NCBI GenBank assembly: GCA_965243025.1
Contig: CBDETY010000003.1
Coordinates: 1,088,001-1,152,000 of the forward strand
Direction: 5' to 3'
Source of the DNA: Candidatus Latescibacterota bacterium
GTDB taxonomy: Bacteria > Latescibacterota > UBA2968 > UBA8231
DNA length: 64,000 bases
Each line of letters begins with the position of its first letter. The stretch's first letter is position 1. The notes beneath the pieces were generated by a model. The model had not been told where the DNA came from. It saw only the letters and a list, made by a program, of their open reading frames with translations, and ran no database searches. The translations under genes and the position numbers were made by a program. Of this stretch, positions 19,564 to 28,598 are shown in pieces.

Positions 19564-20226
19564 CTACCGTTTGCGCGCCAGCGTCAGGCCGTCCCCGATC
19601 GACAGCAGCGACACGTCGATCCGCTCGTCCCGGTGGAGGGCGGCGTTGAGCTCGCGGATCGCGACAGTGTCCTCGTCCACCTCCTCCGGGCGCGCCGGGC
19701 GCCCGTTCCAGAGCACGTTGTCGATCAGGATCAGTCCTCCCGGGCGCAGCAGCTCGAGGCAGCTCTCGTAATACGAACCGTAGTTGACCTTGTCGGCATC
19801 GATGAAGGCGAGATCGTAGGTGCCGGCGGCGCCTTCCGCGAGCAGGGCGGAAAGGGTGCCGGCCGCCGGGCCGAGGCGCAGGTCGATCCTGCCGGCGACC
19901 CCGGCTTCCTCCCAGTAGCGGCGCGCCGTCGCCGTGAATTCCTCGCTGAGGTCGCAGGCGGTGATGCTGCCGGATTCGGGAAGGGCCTGCGCCATGACCA
20001 GGGCGCTGTACCCGGTGAAGGAACCGACTTCCAGGATTCGCGCGGCCCCGGTCAGCTTGACGAGCAGGGCCATGAACTGCCCCTGGTCGGGCGAGATCTG
20101 CATCCCGCCGCCCGGCATCGCCCCGGTCTCCTCGCGGAGGCGGGCGAGCAGGGGGGTGTCCCGCAGGGAGTTGGCGAGGATGTAATCGTAGAGCGCGGCG
20201 TCTATGTAGTTGTTGCGGCTGCTCAT
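19564..20226 (-). CDS. SAM-dependent O-methyltransferase (caffeoyl-CoA OMT-like)
   Basis: LEVGSFTGYS, FIDADK, LIDNVLW, GDGLTLARK. Confidence 0.93.
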   Translation of the reverse strand: MSSRNNYIDAALYDYILANSLRDTPLLARLREETGAMPGGGMQISPDQGQFMALLVKLTGAARILEVGSFTGYSALVMAQALPESGSITACDLSEEFTATARRYWEEAGVAGRIDLRLGPAAGTLSALLAEGAAGTYDLAFIDADKVNYGSYYESCLELLRPGGLILIDNVLWNGRPARPEEVDEDTVAIRELNAALHRDERIDVSLLSIGDGLTLARKR

Positions 20227-20342
20227 GAACCGGTGCTCCGCGGCCTCGGGAGGAGGGTGGATTGCAGGGTGCGGTGTTGAAAGGGCCGCGGGGGCGGCCG
20301 AGCTCCAAAGACCCGCCGCGGAGATGGCGGCCCCTGGCCCGA

Positions 20343-21335
20343 TCACTCCTCCGCGGTGATCTGGTCGTAGAACTTGATGATGTCCCCCCTGTCCTCCGAC
20401 TGGTTGAAGGCCATGCCGGACCGCGGGTGCTGGTTGAGCAGACCGGTCAGCATGTAGGGGTAGTCGTATCCCCACAGCAGCTCCGAGCGCAGCGGCTCGA
20501 TGTGTTCCTGGATGCACTTGAGGATGGGGCGGAGGCGGTACTTGGGGTTGTGCAGAAAGCCGAGCAGCAGCTCGATCTGGCAGTTGCCGGCGCCGCGCCC
20601 GAGGCCGGCGACGCTGGCGTCGAGCATGTTGGCCCCCTTGACGATCGCCTGCACGGTGTTGGCGAAGGCGAGCTGCTGGTTGTTGTGGCAGTGGATGCCG
20701 ATCTCCTTGCCCGAGCCCCGGGTGAAGCCGAGGAACTTGTCCATCAGGAATTCGATCTGTTCCCCGTACATCGACCCGAAGCTGTCGACGACGTAGACAC
20801 TGCCGACAGGTGATTCCATCAACAGGGCAAGCGCCTCGTCCATTTCGTTTTCCTGGACCGTCGAGGCCGCCATCAGGTTCAGGGTGGTCTCGTATCCCTT
20901 GCCGTGGGCGTCGTCGATCATGTCGAGCGCCAGCGGTATCTGGTGGATGTAGGTGGCGATGCGGATCATGTCGAGGACGCTCTGGTCGCAGGGGAGGATG
21001 TCCTCCCTGTAATCGCTCTTCTCCGCGTCGGCCATGGCGCACAGCTTGAGGTCGGTGTCGTTGTCGCCGACGATGCGGCGGATGTCCTCTTCGCGGCTGT
21101 GGCGCCAGGGTCCGAACTCCCCCGGCGGAAACTGTTCCCGGGAGTTGATGTAGCCGACCTCCATGTAGTCGACTCCCCCCTCGACGCAGGCGCTGTACAC
21201 GCCGCGGACGACCTCGTCATCGAACTTGCTGTCGTTCATCAGGCCCCCGTCCCGGATCGTGCAGTCCAGGACGCGGATCTCCTCCCGGTAGGAGATCCAC
21301 TCGGCCACGGGCTGGTGCTGTTCGTTTTCGCTCAT
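20343..21335 (-). CDS. HMGL-like (DRE-TIM) aldolase, 4-hydroxy-2-oxovalerate aldolase-like
   Basis: LDCTIRDGG, VDSFG, GIHCHNN, GLGRGAGN. Confidence 0.88.
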   Translation of the reverse strand: MSENEQHQPVAEWISYREEIRVLDCTIRDGGLMNDSKFDDEVVRGVYSACVEGGVDYMEVGYINSREQFPPGEFGPWRHSREEDIRRIVGDNDTDLKLCAMADAEKSDYREDILPCDQSVLDMIRIATYIHQIPLALDMIDDAHGKGYETTLNLMAASTVQENEMDEALALLMESPVGSVYVVDSFGSMYGEQIEFLMDKFLGFTRGSGKEIGIHCHNNQQLAFANTVQAIVKGANMLDASVAGLGRGAGNCQIELLLGFLHNPKYRLRPILKCIQEHIEPLRSELLWGYDYPYMLTGLLNQHPRSGMAFNQSEDRGDIIKFYDQITAEE

Positions 21336-21440
21336 ATCTCTTCTCTGAGGGCGGTTGGAATGGAACGGGTGCGCCGGGAAAGGCCGACGCGCATTGAAAA
21401 ACGCAAGACATCAAACATAAGGCAGATTGCGGCAGGTGAT

Positions 21441-21950
21441 TTAGCCAGCAGAGTAGGTCGGGTCAACGGGAATTCGGCAGGGAGCCGCTCCTGCCGGTCG
21501 GCCGGAGCGGCCGGATGCGAGCAGCTCCATCGCCCTGCGGGCGCAGCCGGGGTTGACGATCTGGCGGTAGTACGCGCCGAGAAGGCGCCGCCTCTGGATC
21601 TTGCCGGAGGAGAGCGGCAGGGGCTGGTCCTCGTAGAGGCCGATGAGGTGCAGCAGGCCGCCGACGGCGAGCATGTCGAGGCCCTGGTCGAATGCCTTCG
21701 GTCCCGCGGGGCCTCCGACGGCGTAGACGACGACGTCCGCCCCGACCGCGTCGACGACTCCGGCGAGGGAATACCCCATGCGCTCCGGATCTATGGCGTG
21801 CTCGCGGGTGTAGCGGGCGCCGATTTCGGAGCCGCGGCTGAGGAGGCTGCGGACCGCCCGGACGCGGATCTCATCCGCTTGCGGCTCAGGGAAGGGAGCC
21901 TCTTCGATGACGACGTTGAACCGGCCCGCTGGTTTGGCTACTCGTTTCAT
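21441..21950 (-). pseudogene. Decayed duplicate of the zinc-binding/MDR dehydrogenase at 24119-25099
   Basis: Near-identical to the intact copy but has an in-frame 414-bp deletion that removes the GxGxxG motif (junction at 21732-21743), and it lacks the native C-terminus. Confidence 0.85.
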
Positions 21951-22027
21951 GTCACGCTGCTTCCTGTGTTGTTTCCCGCTTCGAAAACCACCCCCATTTT
22001 TTAAACTTAGGCCGAGAGAGCCCGCGG

Positions 22028-24043
22028 ATGAAGCCTGTTCCTGCACTACTTTTCGGCATTGCCGCCATGTCGGTTCAGGGGCCGGCCGGAAGCCAGGACC
22101 AGGTTGACCACTGGACTTTCGGCGGCCGGGGAGGGGAGCGCTGGGCGGACTGGGTCGAGGTGAACGTCGTGGCCGACGATTTCAGCATTCCGGGGGTGCT
22201 GCAGCCCCGCGAGCTCAAACCCGGCGAGAACCTTCTTCCGAAGCTGTACCACACAGTGCCCTGGGAACGGTACCAGGAGCCGGCCAACCCCCTGTGGGAA
22301 GACGGCCTTCCCAGGCTGTGGCGCTGGACGGGGAACCGCGCCGGGAGCTACAACACCCCGTTCTCCAATTTCATCGACGGGGACCTCGAGACCTTCAGCT
22401 GGCAGTCCCCGGCCCACGTCGACGAGGAATGGTACACGATCGACGTAGGGGCCCCGGTCCCGGCCGAGCGCTTCGCAATCCGCATGCCGGACGGGGTGGA
22501 TCGCATCGGCCGGCCCTGGGCGGCGTACGTTCCCAAGGCGGGGGAACTCTCGGCAAGCCTCACTGAAACCGCAATCCTCGGAGAGGGAGACAGGCCGAAC
22601 TGGTGGGAGTACCAACCGCTGGAGACCGTGCTGGGAGGGGTGAAGCAGAACCTTGAGGCACCGATAGAAATCCCGTTCCCTCTGCAGTACCTGCGCTTTT
22701 TCAGGTGGATTACCTACCCCGAGGAGATCCTGGCTTCGGGCCGCAAGGTTATCGAGGCCCTGGCGTACGCGGAGATGGAGCTGTACGGAAGGGGTTTCGC
22801 GGCCGAGGCCCGCTATGTCACCCGCGCCGTCGACGCCGCCCGTCCGGTCTCGATCGGCCGGCTGTTCATGGGAGTCAGCCGCTGGCGGAGGCAGGACGGG
22901 GAGCTGATCCCGTATGCCGACGCCGATGCCGGAGTCGCTGTGCGGTTGAAAACCGGCCTGGACGACGACCCGCGGACCTATTTCACCTGGAACGATCAGT
23001 CGGAGTTCACCGAGATCAGCCTGGAGGAATACCAGGGCCTGAAGCCCCGGGCCCACGAGACCCACGACCCGAAATTCGTCGGCTGGCAGGGCCCTGTCGG
23101 CTTCGACAAGGAGAACTGGTCCTCCTGGACCGGGGGCGTGGCGCAGTCCGGGACCGCCCTGGAGGTTCCGAGCGGCCGTTACTTCCAGGTGATGGTGGTG
23201 ATGACCTCGTCCCTTCCGACCGATGTGGCGCGGCTGGATTCCCTGCGGATCGAACTGGTTCCCCTGCTGGTACCCGAGCTGGTCGGCGAGGTCGGACTGG
23301 CGGGGGATCCCCTGCGCCGGGAAGTGCCGACCGTGCGGTTGGGAGAGCCTGAGGAGCTGATCTTCGCAATTCGCGCTCGATTCAGGGGGGAGAGCGCAGA
23401 GGGATTCGACGCCGTCCACATAACAACCCCGGCTGAACCGTTGTTCACGAGCCTTCGAATGGGGGATCCTCCTGCCGATGTCGAGCCCGACAGCGTCGCT
23501 GTCGACCCGGAGGGTCTGACGCTGTTCCTGCCTCGCAGGGTAAGGGCGGACGAGGACCTGCGTATCGGGCTGGGAACGACCCTCTACACGGTTTCCGCTC
23601 AGTTCAGGGGCGAGGTTTTCAATCGCGGACTGTCATCGCGCCGGCAGCTGATCCGCGGCGCCGACGCTACCCCGGAAATCGGGGCCGACAAGCTTCAGGT
23701 GGTTGCAGAGGTTGAAGCGGGAAAGAGCCCGCTGGCGGATCTCGCCTTCTCTTCGGCCACCCTCACTGCAAACGGCGACGGCCGCAACGATCGTCTGCAG
23801 ATCCGCTACACCCTGTATGGGGTGATTTCCACCGACGTGGAGGTAACCTTCCACGGCCTGGATGGGCGGAAGATCCACTCCGTGAAACAGTCGGGGCAGG
23901 CGGCGGGAAGGCACACGGTGGAATGGGACGGTACCGGTTCAGACGGCCGGCTGCTGTTGCCGGGGACCTATTTGTGCAGAGTTGCCGCGGAAACCGGCAG
24001 CGGGCGATTCGAGCTCATCAGGCCTGTTGCGCTCGTTTACTGA
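22028..24043 (+). CDS. Secreted protein with discoidin-like N-region and C-terminal FlgD-Ig-like domain (paralogue A1)
   Basis: Signal peptide; IDGD..T / TIDVG / EMELYG discoidin-like motifs; TANGDGRND...WDG...G..L.PGTY...ALVY. Confidence 0.85.
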   Translation: MKPVPALLFGIAAMSVQGPAGSQDQVDHWTFGGRGGERWADWVEVNVVADDFSIPGVLQPRELKPGENLLPKLYHTVPWERYQEPANPLWEDGLPRLWRWTGNRAGSYNTPFSNFIDGDLETFSWQSPAHVDEEWYTIDVGAPVPAERFAIRMPDGVDRIGRPWAAYVPKAGELSASLTETAILGEGDRPNWWEYQPLETVLGGVKQNLEAPIEIPFPLQYLRFFRWITYPEEILASGRKVIEALAYAEMELYGRGFAAEARYVTRAVDAARPVSIGRLFMGVSRWRRQDGELIPYADADAGVAVRLKTGLDDDPRTYFTWNDQSEFTEISLEEYQGLKPRAHETHDPKFVGWQGPVGFDKENWSSWTGGVAQSGTALEVPSGRYFQVMVVMTSSLPTDVARLDSLRIELVPLLVPELVGEVGLAGDPLRREVPTVRLGEPEELIFAIRARFRGESAEGFDAVHITTPAEPLFTSLRMGDPPADVEPDSVAVDPEGLTLFLPRRVRADEDLRIGLGTTLYTVSAQFRGEVFNRGLSSRRQLIRGADATPEIGADKLQVVAEVEAGKSPLADLAFSSATLTANGDGRNDRLQIRYTLYGVISTDVEVTFHGLDGRKIHSVKQSGQAAGRHTVEWDGTGSDGRLLLPGTYLCRVAAETGSGRFELIRPVALVY

Positions 24044-24074
24044 CCCACCTGCATGCCGGAAATGAAGGGGAGCC

Positions 24075-24095
24075 GCTCCGGCAGTCGGCCGGAGC
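24075..24095. terminator. Hairpin between convergent genes
   Basis: GCTCCGGC-AGTCG-GCCGGAGC; no U-tract. Confidence 0.4.
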
Positions 24096-24118
24096 AGGGG
24101 CAGGGGGGCGGGTCGAGC

Positions 24119-25099
24119 TTACTCCTCCTCCCAGTCGAGCAGGACCCCCATCGCCTCCCCCGGGCTGTTGTAGAGCAGGTCGAAGGCCGCGGCGGCATCG
24201 CGGTACGGGAAGCGGTGGCTGGTCATGCGGTCCGTCCTGATGGCGCCGGATGCCAGCAGCTCCATCGCCCTGCGGGCGCAGCCGGGGTCGACGATCTGGC
24301 CGTAGTACCCCCCTAGAAGGCGCCGCCTCTGGATCTTGACTGAGGAGAGCGGCAGGGGCTGGTCCTCGTACAGGCCGATGAGGTGCAGCAGGCCGCCGAC
24401 GGCGAGCATGTCGAGGCCCTGGTCGAATGCCTTCGGTCCGGCGGGGCCTCCGACGGCGTAGACGACGATGTCGGCCCCGGCGCCGTTGGTGAGGCGTTGC
24501 ACCGCCTGCACCGGATCCTCGGCGGCCGCGTCGATCACGTGGTCGGCGCCGAGCTCCCCGGCGAGGGCGCACCGCTCGGGAAGGGGGTCGACGGCGATGA
24601 AACGCCCCCTTCCGTTCGCCTTGCCGACCTGCAGCATGAGGCTGCCGACCAGGCCCTGCCCGAGAATGACCACCGTGTCGAACGGCTGAATCCGTTCGAT
24701 CTCGGTCCAGGCCACGGCGCCCCCGGATAGAGGGAAGTAGGCCGCCGCTTCGAATCCGAGGTCGTCCGGCATCGGCACGACCCTCGCCTGCTCACCGGGT
24801 CTCCTCGCGCCCGCGGGCCGGATGACGTACTGGGCGTGGGGAGCGACGGCGACGACCCGGTCCCCCTCGCGAAGGTGCCGGACGTCCGCCCCGACCTCGT
24901 CGACGACCCCGGCGAGGGAATACCCCATGCGCTCCGGATCTATGGCGTGCTCCCGGGTGTAGCGGGCCCCGATTTCCGAGCCCCGGCTGATGAGGCTGCG
25001 GACCGCCCTGACGCGTACTTCATCAGCTCCCGGGTGCGGGATGGGAGCCTCTTCGATGACGACGTTGAACCTGCCCGCCGGTTTGGCTACTCGTTTCAC
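24119..25099 (-). CDS. Zinc-binding (MDR) alcohol dehydrogenase family protein
   Basis: SLISRGSE, GYSLAGVV, GQGLVG Rossmann motif, GVLLDW; GTG start at 25099 matches the ATG of the duplicate. Confidence 0.9.
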   Translation of the reverse strand: MKRVAKPAGRFNVVIEEAPIPHPGADEVRVRAVRSLISRGSEIGARYTREHAIDPERMGYSLAGVVDEVGADVRHLREGDRVVAVAPHAQYVIRPAGARRPGEQARVVPMPDDLGFEAAAYFPLSGGAVAWTEIERIQPFDTVVILGQGLVGSLMLQVGKANGRGRFIAVDPLPERCALAGELGADHVIDAAAEDPVQAVQRLTNGAGADIVVYAVGGPAGPKAFDQGLDMLAVGGLLHLIGLYEDQPLPLSSVKIQRRRLLGGYYGQIVDPGCARRAMELLASGAIRTDRMTSHRFPYRDAAAAFDLLYNSPGEAMGVLLDWEEE

Positions 25100-25187
25100 G
25101 GCGTTTCCAGTGAGTTGTTGTCCGGCGGTGAAAACCACTACCGGTTTTTTTAACTTAAGCCTGAATCAGGTCGCGAGATACCGCGGA

Positions 25188-27206
25188 ATGAAAACACCTC
25201 CTGCATTTTCCATCGCCATCGCCGCCGTGTTCGCTCAGGGTTCCGCCTGGAGCCAGGAGTATGTCGATCACTGGACTTTCGGCGGCCGGGGAGGGGAGCG
25301 CTGGGCCGACTGGGTCGAGGTGAACGTCATGGCGGACGATTTCAGCCTGCCCGGGGTGCTGCAGCCGCGCGAGCTCGTGCCCGGCGAGAACCTGCTGTCG
25401 CAGCTGTACCACACAGTTCCCTGGGAGCGCTATCAGGAGCCGGCCAACCCCCTGTGGGAAGACGGACTTCCCAGGCTGTGGCGCTGGACGGGGAACCGCG
25501 CCCGGAGCTACTACACCCCGTTTTCAAATTTCATCGACGGCGATCTCGGGACCTTCAGCTGGCAGTCCCCGGCCACCCACGTCAACGAGGAATGGTACAC
25601 GATCGACGTCGGCGCCCCGGTCCCGGCGGAGCGCTTCGTGATTCGCATGCCGGACGGGGTGGACCGCATCGGCCGGCCCTGGGCGGCGTACGTTCCCAAA
25701 GCGGGGGAGTTCTCCGCAGGTCTGACGGAAACCGCGATCCTCGGAGAGGGAGACAGGCCGAACTGGTGGGAGTACCAACCGCTCGAAACCGTGCTGGGGG
25801 GCGTGAAACAGAACCTCCGGGCGCCGATCGAGGTTTCCTTTCCGCTGCAGTATCAGCGCTTTTTCCGGTGGATTACCTACCCCGAGGAGATTCTCGCTTC
25901 GGGCCGCATGGCAATCGAGGCACTGGCGTACGCGGAGATGGAGCTGTTCGGAAGGGGGTTCGCGGCCGAGGCCCGCTACGTTACCCGCGTCGTCGACGCC
26001 GGCCGTCCAGTCTCCATCGGCCGCCTGTTCATGGGAGCAAGCCGCTGGCGGAGACAGGACGGAGAGCTGATTCCATATGCAGATGCAGAGGCCACAGTCG
26101 CGGTGCGGTTGAAAACCGGCCTGGACGGCGACCCGCGGACCTATTTCACCTGGAACGATCAGTCGGAGTACTCGGAGATCAGCGCAGAAGAATACCAGGG
26201 CCTGAAGCCCCGGGCCCACGATACCCACGACCCGAAATTCGTCGGCTGGCAGGGCCCTGTCGGCTTCGACAAGGAGAACTGGTCCTCCTGGACGGGGGGC
26301 GTAGCGCGGTCCGGGACCGCTCTGGAAGTTCCGAGCGGCCGTTATTTCCAGGTGATGGTGGTGATGACTTCGTCCCTGCCGGCCGATGTGGCGCGGCTCG
26401 ATTCCCTGCGCATCGAACTGGTTCCGCTGCTGGTGCCGAAGCTGTTCGGCGAGGTCGGGTTGGCACGGGATCCCCTGCGCGAGGAGGTTCCTGTCGTGAC
26501 GTTGGGAGAGCCTGTGGAGCTGATCTACGCAATTCGGGCTCTGTTCGGGGGTGAGAGTACGGACGGATTCGACGCTGTCCACATTCAGACGCCGGCGGAG
26601 CCTTCGTTCAGGGGCCTGCAGATGGGAGATCCTCCGGCGGATGTCGAGCCCGACAGCGTCGCTGTCGACCCGGAGGGTCTGACGCTGTTCCTGCCTCGCA
26701 GGGTAATTGCGGACGAGGAACTCCGAATCGGCCTGGAAACGACCCTCTACGCGGTTTCCGCTCAGTTCGGGGGCAAGGTTTTCAACCGCGAACTGTCTTC
26801 GCGCCGGCAGCTGATACGCGGCGCCGACGCTACCCCGGAAATCGGGGCCGACAAGCTTCACGTGGTTGCCGAGGGTGAAGCGGGAAAGAGCCTGTTGGCC
26901 GATCTCGTCTTTTCCTCGGCCACCCTCACTGCAAACGGCGACGGCCGCAACGATCGTCTGCAGATCCGCTACACCCTGTTCGGGGTGATTTCCACCGACG
27001 TGGAGGTAACCTTCCACGGCCTGGACGGGCGGAAGATCCACTCCGTGAAACAGTCGGGGCAGGCAGCGGGAAGGCACACGGTGGAATGGGACGGTACCGG
27101 AGCGGCCGGCCGGCTGCTGTCGCCGGGGACCTATTTGTGCAGAGTGGCCGCCGAAACCGGCAGCGGGCGGTTCGAGTTGATCAGACCTGTTGCGCTCGTT
27201 TACTGA
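25188..27206 (+). CDS. Secreted FlgD-Ig-domain protein (paralogue A2, close duplicate of A1)
   Basis: MKTPPAFSIAIAAVFAQGSAWS signal peptide; colinear with 22028-24043. Confidence 0.85.
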   Translation: MKTPPAFSIAIAAVFAQGSAWSQEYVDHWTFGGRGGERWADWVEVNVMADDFSLPGVLQPRELVPGENLLSQLYHTVPWERYQEPANPLWEDGLPRLWRWTGNRARSYYTPFSNFIDGDLGTFSWQSPATHVNEEWYTIDVGAPVPAERFVIRMPDGVDRIGRPWAAYVPKAGEFSAGLTETAILGEGDRPNWWEYQPLETVLGGVKQNLRAPIEVSFPLQYQRFFRWITYPEEILASGRMAIEALAYAEMELFGRGFAAEARYVTRVVDAGRPVSIGRLFMGASRWRRQDGELIPYADAEATVAVRLKTGLDGDPRTYFTWNDQSEYSEISAEEYQGLKPRAHDTHDPKFVGWQGPVGFDKENWSSWTGGVARSGTALEVPSGRYFQVMVVMTSSLPADVARLDSLRIELVPLLVPKLFGEVGLARDPLREEVPVVTLGEPVELIYAIRALFGGESTDGFDAVHIQTPAEPSFRGLQMGDPPADVEPDSVAVDPEGLTLFLPRRVIADEELRIGLETTLYAVSAQFGGKVFNRELSSRRQLIRGADATPEIGADKLHVVAEGEAGKSLLADLVFSSATLTANGDGRNDRLQIRYTLFGVISTDVEVTFHGLDGRKIHSVKQSGQAAGRHTVEWDGTGAAGRLLSPGTYLCRVAAETGSGRFELIRPVALVY

Positions 27207-27307
27207 CCCCGTCCTGCCTGCCGGAAATGAAGGGGAGCCGCATGCGCAGCTGGGGTGGAACTATTTTGTTGTTTTTTCGGTAGTTATGCAGATTTTCCCG
27301 GCCGCTG

Positions 27308-27336
27308 TTGACCCGCGCCTAATTTATTGGTAATCT
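27308..27336 (+). promoter_or_regulatory. Putative sigma70 promoter
   Basis: TTGACC-17 nt-TAATCT with extended -10 TG in an AT-rich intergenic region; TAAGGAGG RBS downstream. Confidence 0.6.
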
Positions 27337-27401
27337 ATTGCGGACAATTCGCCACTCGTACACCTGTCACGAGACAGAAAGCCTAAGGAGGAAACAACGA
27401 G

Positions 27402-28322
27402 ATGAAGCGAATACCACTGATCCTCGCACTTGGCCTCTTTTTTGCGGCCAACGCGTTCGCGCACAACGGCGCCTTGACGTTCATGCCGACCGTGCCGGAT
27501 CCGACTGCCATGACCATGGATGGCACCGAAGACGACTGGGAGTGGTATGACCGCACCTTCGCGGTCACCCCGGAAGAGATCGGATCCTGGTTCGGTGAGC
27601 ACGTCGAGCAGGGAGGCAACCCGAATCCGACCGACTGGAGCGGCAGCTACTTCATCGCCTGGAGCCCCCCGCCGGACAACCGCTTCTGGTTCTTCGCGCG
27701 CGTCTTCGACGATACTCTTCGCGCTGCCGAGGGCGAGAACAAGGGCGCCTGGTGGAACGACGACGTCGTCCAGCTGTCCATCGACGGCGATCACTCGGGC
27801 GGGGGCTACCTTGCCAACGAAGTCGCCGAAGACATCAACAACGGGTACCGCATCCAGCAGCACCCGTTGTTCTCCGACGAGTTCGGCGTCGACATCGGCG
27901 GCGGCGCCCTTCCCCCGGAAGGTGAGTGGGGCGGCGATCCCGAGTGGATCGACTTTGGCGGCACCATTCTGCCTGCCGATGCCGATCACCTCTCGACCAA
28001 CCTCGAATACACCTATGAAATGTCGCTGACGATGTTCGATTTCTACGACATCTTCGGTCCGGAAGACAGCGTCATTCACACTTTCGAGCCCGATCAGGTT
28101 ATCGGACTCACCGTCCGTTTCTGCGACGGGGACCGCGGTGAGAACGGCGAACAGGACGGTTGGGGACTGCTCACCGGCAACTACCTCGGCGACCGCGACG
28201 GCGACCAGTCCGGCGACGCCCAGGCCCTCCTGACCATCGAGAGTCTCGACGGTTACCCGGACGGCAAGGGCACGGCTGTCGAGAGCGTTACCTGGGGTCG
28301 TATCAAGAGCAACACCAAGTAA
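27402..28322 (+). CDS. Secreted acidic protein, CBM9/DOMON-like fold, C-terminal TAVESVTWGRIK motif
   Basis: Signal peptide ending AFA; MDG..DDW, ARVFDD, DVVQLSIDGD, YTYE, IGLTV..D.D pattern; strong RBS. Confidence 0.75.
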   Translation: MKRIPLILALGLFFAANAFAHNGALTFMPTVPDPTAMTMDGTEDDWEWYDRTFAVTPEEIGSWFGEHVEQGGNPNPTDWSGSYFIAWSPPPDNRFWFFARVFDDTLRAAEGENKGAWWNDDVVQLSIDGDHSGGGYLANEVAEDINNGYRIQQHPLFSDEFGVDIGGGALPPEGEWGGDPEWIDFGGTILPADADHLSTNLEYTYEMSLTMFDFYDIFGPEDSVIHTFEPDQVIGLTVRFCDGDRGENGEQDGWGLLTGNYLGDRDGDQSGDAQALLTIESLDGYPDGKGTAVESVTWGRIKSNTK

Positions 28323-28353
28323 GACCCGGGGTGCTTGACAGGTAGAGCCATTC

Positions 28354-28387
28354 GAGGGGGCGAGGGACATCTGTTCCCCGCCCCCTC
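28354..28387 (+). terminator. Stem-loop after the CBM9-like gene (terminator or mRNA stabiliser)
   Basis: GAGGGGGCG...CGCCCCCTC inverted repeat with inner GGGA/TTCCC pairing. Confidence 0.55.
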
Positions 28388-28598
28388 TTGCATGACCGGA
28401 GCGTTTCCAGCCAGACTGTCCGGCCCGGCAACCACAGTCTCGTCATTTTTTCGAAAAACTTCATCAAACCTTGCCCATGCGGGGATCTGGAACAGGGGGG
28501 ACAGGGGGTCTGTTATTCACTCCTTGTCCCCTTTTTGCTTTCGCCGACGGTTTTCTGAATCCCGAAGCAGGGCGGGCCGGGCGAACAGGAAATTGCAA

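Larger units (their letters stand above)
21480..27241. repeat. Tandem segmental duplication: unit 1 21480-24067, unit 2 24068-27232 (dehydrogenase plus divergent FlgD-domain gene)
   Basis: GGGAGCCGC recurs at 21480, 24068 and 27233. Both genes and the intergenic DNA are homologous between units. Confidence 0.88.

Noticed and set aside
22028-27206. Diversity-generating retroelement (template/variable repeat pair)
   Set aside because: There is no reverse transcriptase, the differences span whole genes and are not adenine-specific; a tandem duplication explains it.
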